From positions 1 to 56,298 of the IMG/VR virus record IMGVR_UViG_3300044674_000260: DNA of 56,298 nt; one strand, written 5' to 3'. The notes beneath the pieces were generated by a model. It ran no database searches. It saw only the letters and a list, made by a program, of their open reading frames with translations, and was not told the origin of the DNA. A program made the position numbers and the translations under genes. Origin of the DNA: a virus. Lineage: Duplodnaviria > Caudoviricetes. This document shows, piece by piece, positions 55,099 to 56,298 of this stretch; position 1 is the stretch's first letter, and every line of letters begins with the position of its first letter.

Positions 55099-55242
55099 TC
55101 ACCACCATCCGACGACAATCCCAATGATACCAAGGCCAACTAACGCAACAAAGCAAATTGCAATCGCTACATCCTGCCAGTCGATACGCGCAAGGTCGCG
55201 CTCCATCTCCTCAAGCAATTCTGCCAAACTCTGTAAAATCAT
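55099..55242 (-). CDS. small membrane protein (47 aa, not in ORF track)
   Basis: GGAG RBS; MILQSLAELLEEMERDL...IIGIVVGWW; paralog at window start. Confidence 0.6.
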   Translation of the reverse strand: MILQSLAELLEEMERDLARIDWQDVAIAICFVALVGLGIIGIVVGWW

Positions 55243-55254
55243 GCCGCTAACTCC

Positions 55255-55440
55255 TCACACAAATGAATAACCAAAGAAAATTGCAATGCCGTGGACTAAC
55301 GCAATCGGGGGAAACAATGCACCCGCAATTAAAAAGCCCCAAGCACCCGCCGCAAAGCAAACCAAAACATGCGTTAACCAAATCGCAATACCTGCAATAA
55401 TTGACGCAATCCCAATCGCTGTTCCAAAAAACTCACTCAT
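55255..55440 (-). CDS. small two-TM membrane protein, inserted cassette
   Basis: MSEFFGTAIG... starts in ATGA overlap with GGCT stop; absent from left copy. Confidence 0.65.
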   Translation of the reverse strand: MSEFFGTAIGIASIIAGIAIWLTHVLVCFAAGAWGFLIAGALFPPIALVHGIAIFFGYSFV

Positions 55441-55838
55441 GCCGCCAACTCCGCATCTTTCGCCGCAGCGCGTAAATACCAATCATCAAGCCCAAAGTCT
55501 TTATAACCCTGCTCAATCATATCATAATAGCCGCTCGACGGTGTGCCCAACGCGCCCTTGTTGCCGTTCATGTCATAAATAAGCCAGTCGCCGTTGATCT
55601 TGCGGCGGTCGTACAAAGTCGGGTAGCCTTCAAGACGGTCTAACGCTCTCAAGCAATCGTGCGTAATCTCCCACAAAACGACAGGCAAAACCATGTCGGA
55701 ATCGTAGCGAAAGTCAGCAACACCGCGAAACGTCAAGCGGTGGTCAGGTAAATAAAAGCCGCCCAACGGCTTGGCCTTCGGGCATCGCGCAGCCATAGCA
55801 TCGCGGTTCGTGTTCATTCCATATGCTAGATAATACAT
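55437..55838 (-). CDS. gamma-glutamylcyclotransferase family protein (second copy)
   Basis: YLAYGMN, LDRLEGYP; highly similar to 102-503. Confidence 0.85.
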   Translation of the reverse strand: MYYLAYGMNTNRDAMAARCPKAKPLGGFYLPDHRLTFRGVADFRYDSDMVLPVVLWEITHDCLRALDRLEGYPTLYDRRKINGDWLIYDMNGNKGALGTPSSGYYDMIEQGYKDFGLDDWYLRAAAKDAELAA

Positions 55839-55873
55839 ATCTTCTCCTTTGCTAGAATGGGGGAAAGCGCAGC

Positions 55874-56230
55874 CTAAGCCGCGCTCAATTCATATTCGAT
55901 CAAGTCAAGCGCATCATCGACAAGCTCAGTGTTCAGCTTCTCCAGTGTCTCGCTGTCGATAGTCTCAACGATCACCTTCTGCGCATATGATGGGCAACAG
56001 TCCGCATCGCATGCTGTATAATTACAAAACTGTGCAATCACCCAAGAACGCAACTTCTTCGGCTTGTCATGGTGCGCAAGCAAAAACTCTTTGTTCGCAA
56101 CATAGTGTTCATAGCCCAAATAAGAGCCGTCCAACCAACAGCGGAAAAAGCGACGAGTCGCATGGTTGCTGTCCAATAGGTCGCCTTGCAAATCGCGGAT
56201 AATGCGGGTTTTGGCGGTCGTGTTGTCCAT
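55874..56230 (-). CDS. hypothetical early protein (second copy)
   Basis: GAGGAG RBS before ATG 56230; 118 aa like 540-896. Confidence 0.8.
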   Translation of the reverse strand: MDNTTAKTRIIRDLQGDLLDSNHATRRFFRCWLDGSYLGYEHYVANKEFLLAHHDKPKKLRSWVIAQFCNYTACDADCCPSYAQKVIVETIDSETLEKLNTELVDDALDLIEYELSAA

Positions 56231-56239
56231 TGTTTCTGT

Positions 56240-56295
56240 CTCCTCGTTTACTAGAACTGTCACTTTTATATATGGGATAGTTTGGGACTGTCAAC
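56240..56295 (-). promoter_or_regulatory. early promoter with TCCCA boxes
   Basis: TTGACAGTCCCAAACTATCCCATATATAAAA...TCTAGTAAACGAGGAG. Confidence 0.6.
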
Positions 56296-56298
56296 AAC

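Larger units (their letters stand above)
55138..56298. repeat. right copy of diverged terminal duplication
   Basis: see 1-958; carries an extra gene. Confidence 0.9.

Noticed and set aside
1-56298. tRNA genes, integrase/att site, IS elements, introns/inteins, DGR
   Set aside because: No cloverleaf, recombinase, transposase, Hint or reverse-transcriptase motifs recognised by eye; tRNAscan and HMM scans would be needed to exclude them formally

Overview
The window is an essentially complete ~55-kb genome of a tailed (podovirus-like) phage. The host is probably a marine alphaproteobacterium (inferred, e.g. from Rhodobacteraceae-style SPRPxLRP motifs). Layout: TerS and an amidoligase, then a long + strand morphogenesis block (TerL, portal, GroES, scaffold, MCP, adaptors, tail fibre, holins, GH19 endolysin, tail nozzle, ejection proteins). 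A + strand replication block follows (Sak4-like ATPase, SSB, SF2 helicase, Cas4-like nuclease, TOPRIM primase-helicase), then a - strand early region. No DNA polymerase, integrase or tRNA was recognised. The two window ends carry diverged copies of the same early module. The standout is in the early operon: a Cas7/RAMP-like gene (53676-54446) is followed by a hairpin-bounded non-coding array of GGY-NN pentamers, divided by GGCGGTY delimiters into four ~65-69 nt units, and then a partner gene. This is a candidate RNA-guided system with a non-contiguous guide code. Other unexplained signals are a dispersed AATTGTTCGGG motif, TGGGA/TCCCA-decorated promoters, C-terminal Ala-Ala degrons on early proteins, a recurring xxxGGxV motif in putative virion cargo proteins, and a dual-coding region. 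All protein calls come from motif recognition by eye, not database searches.
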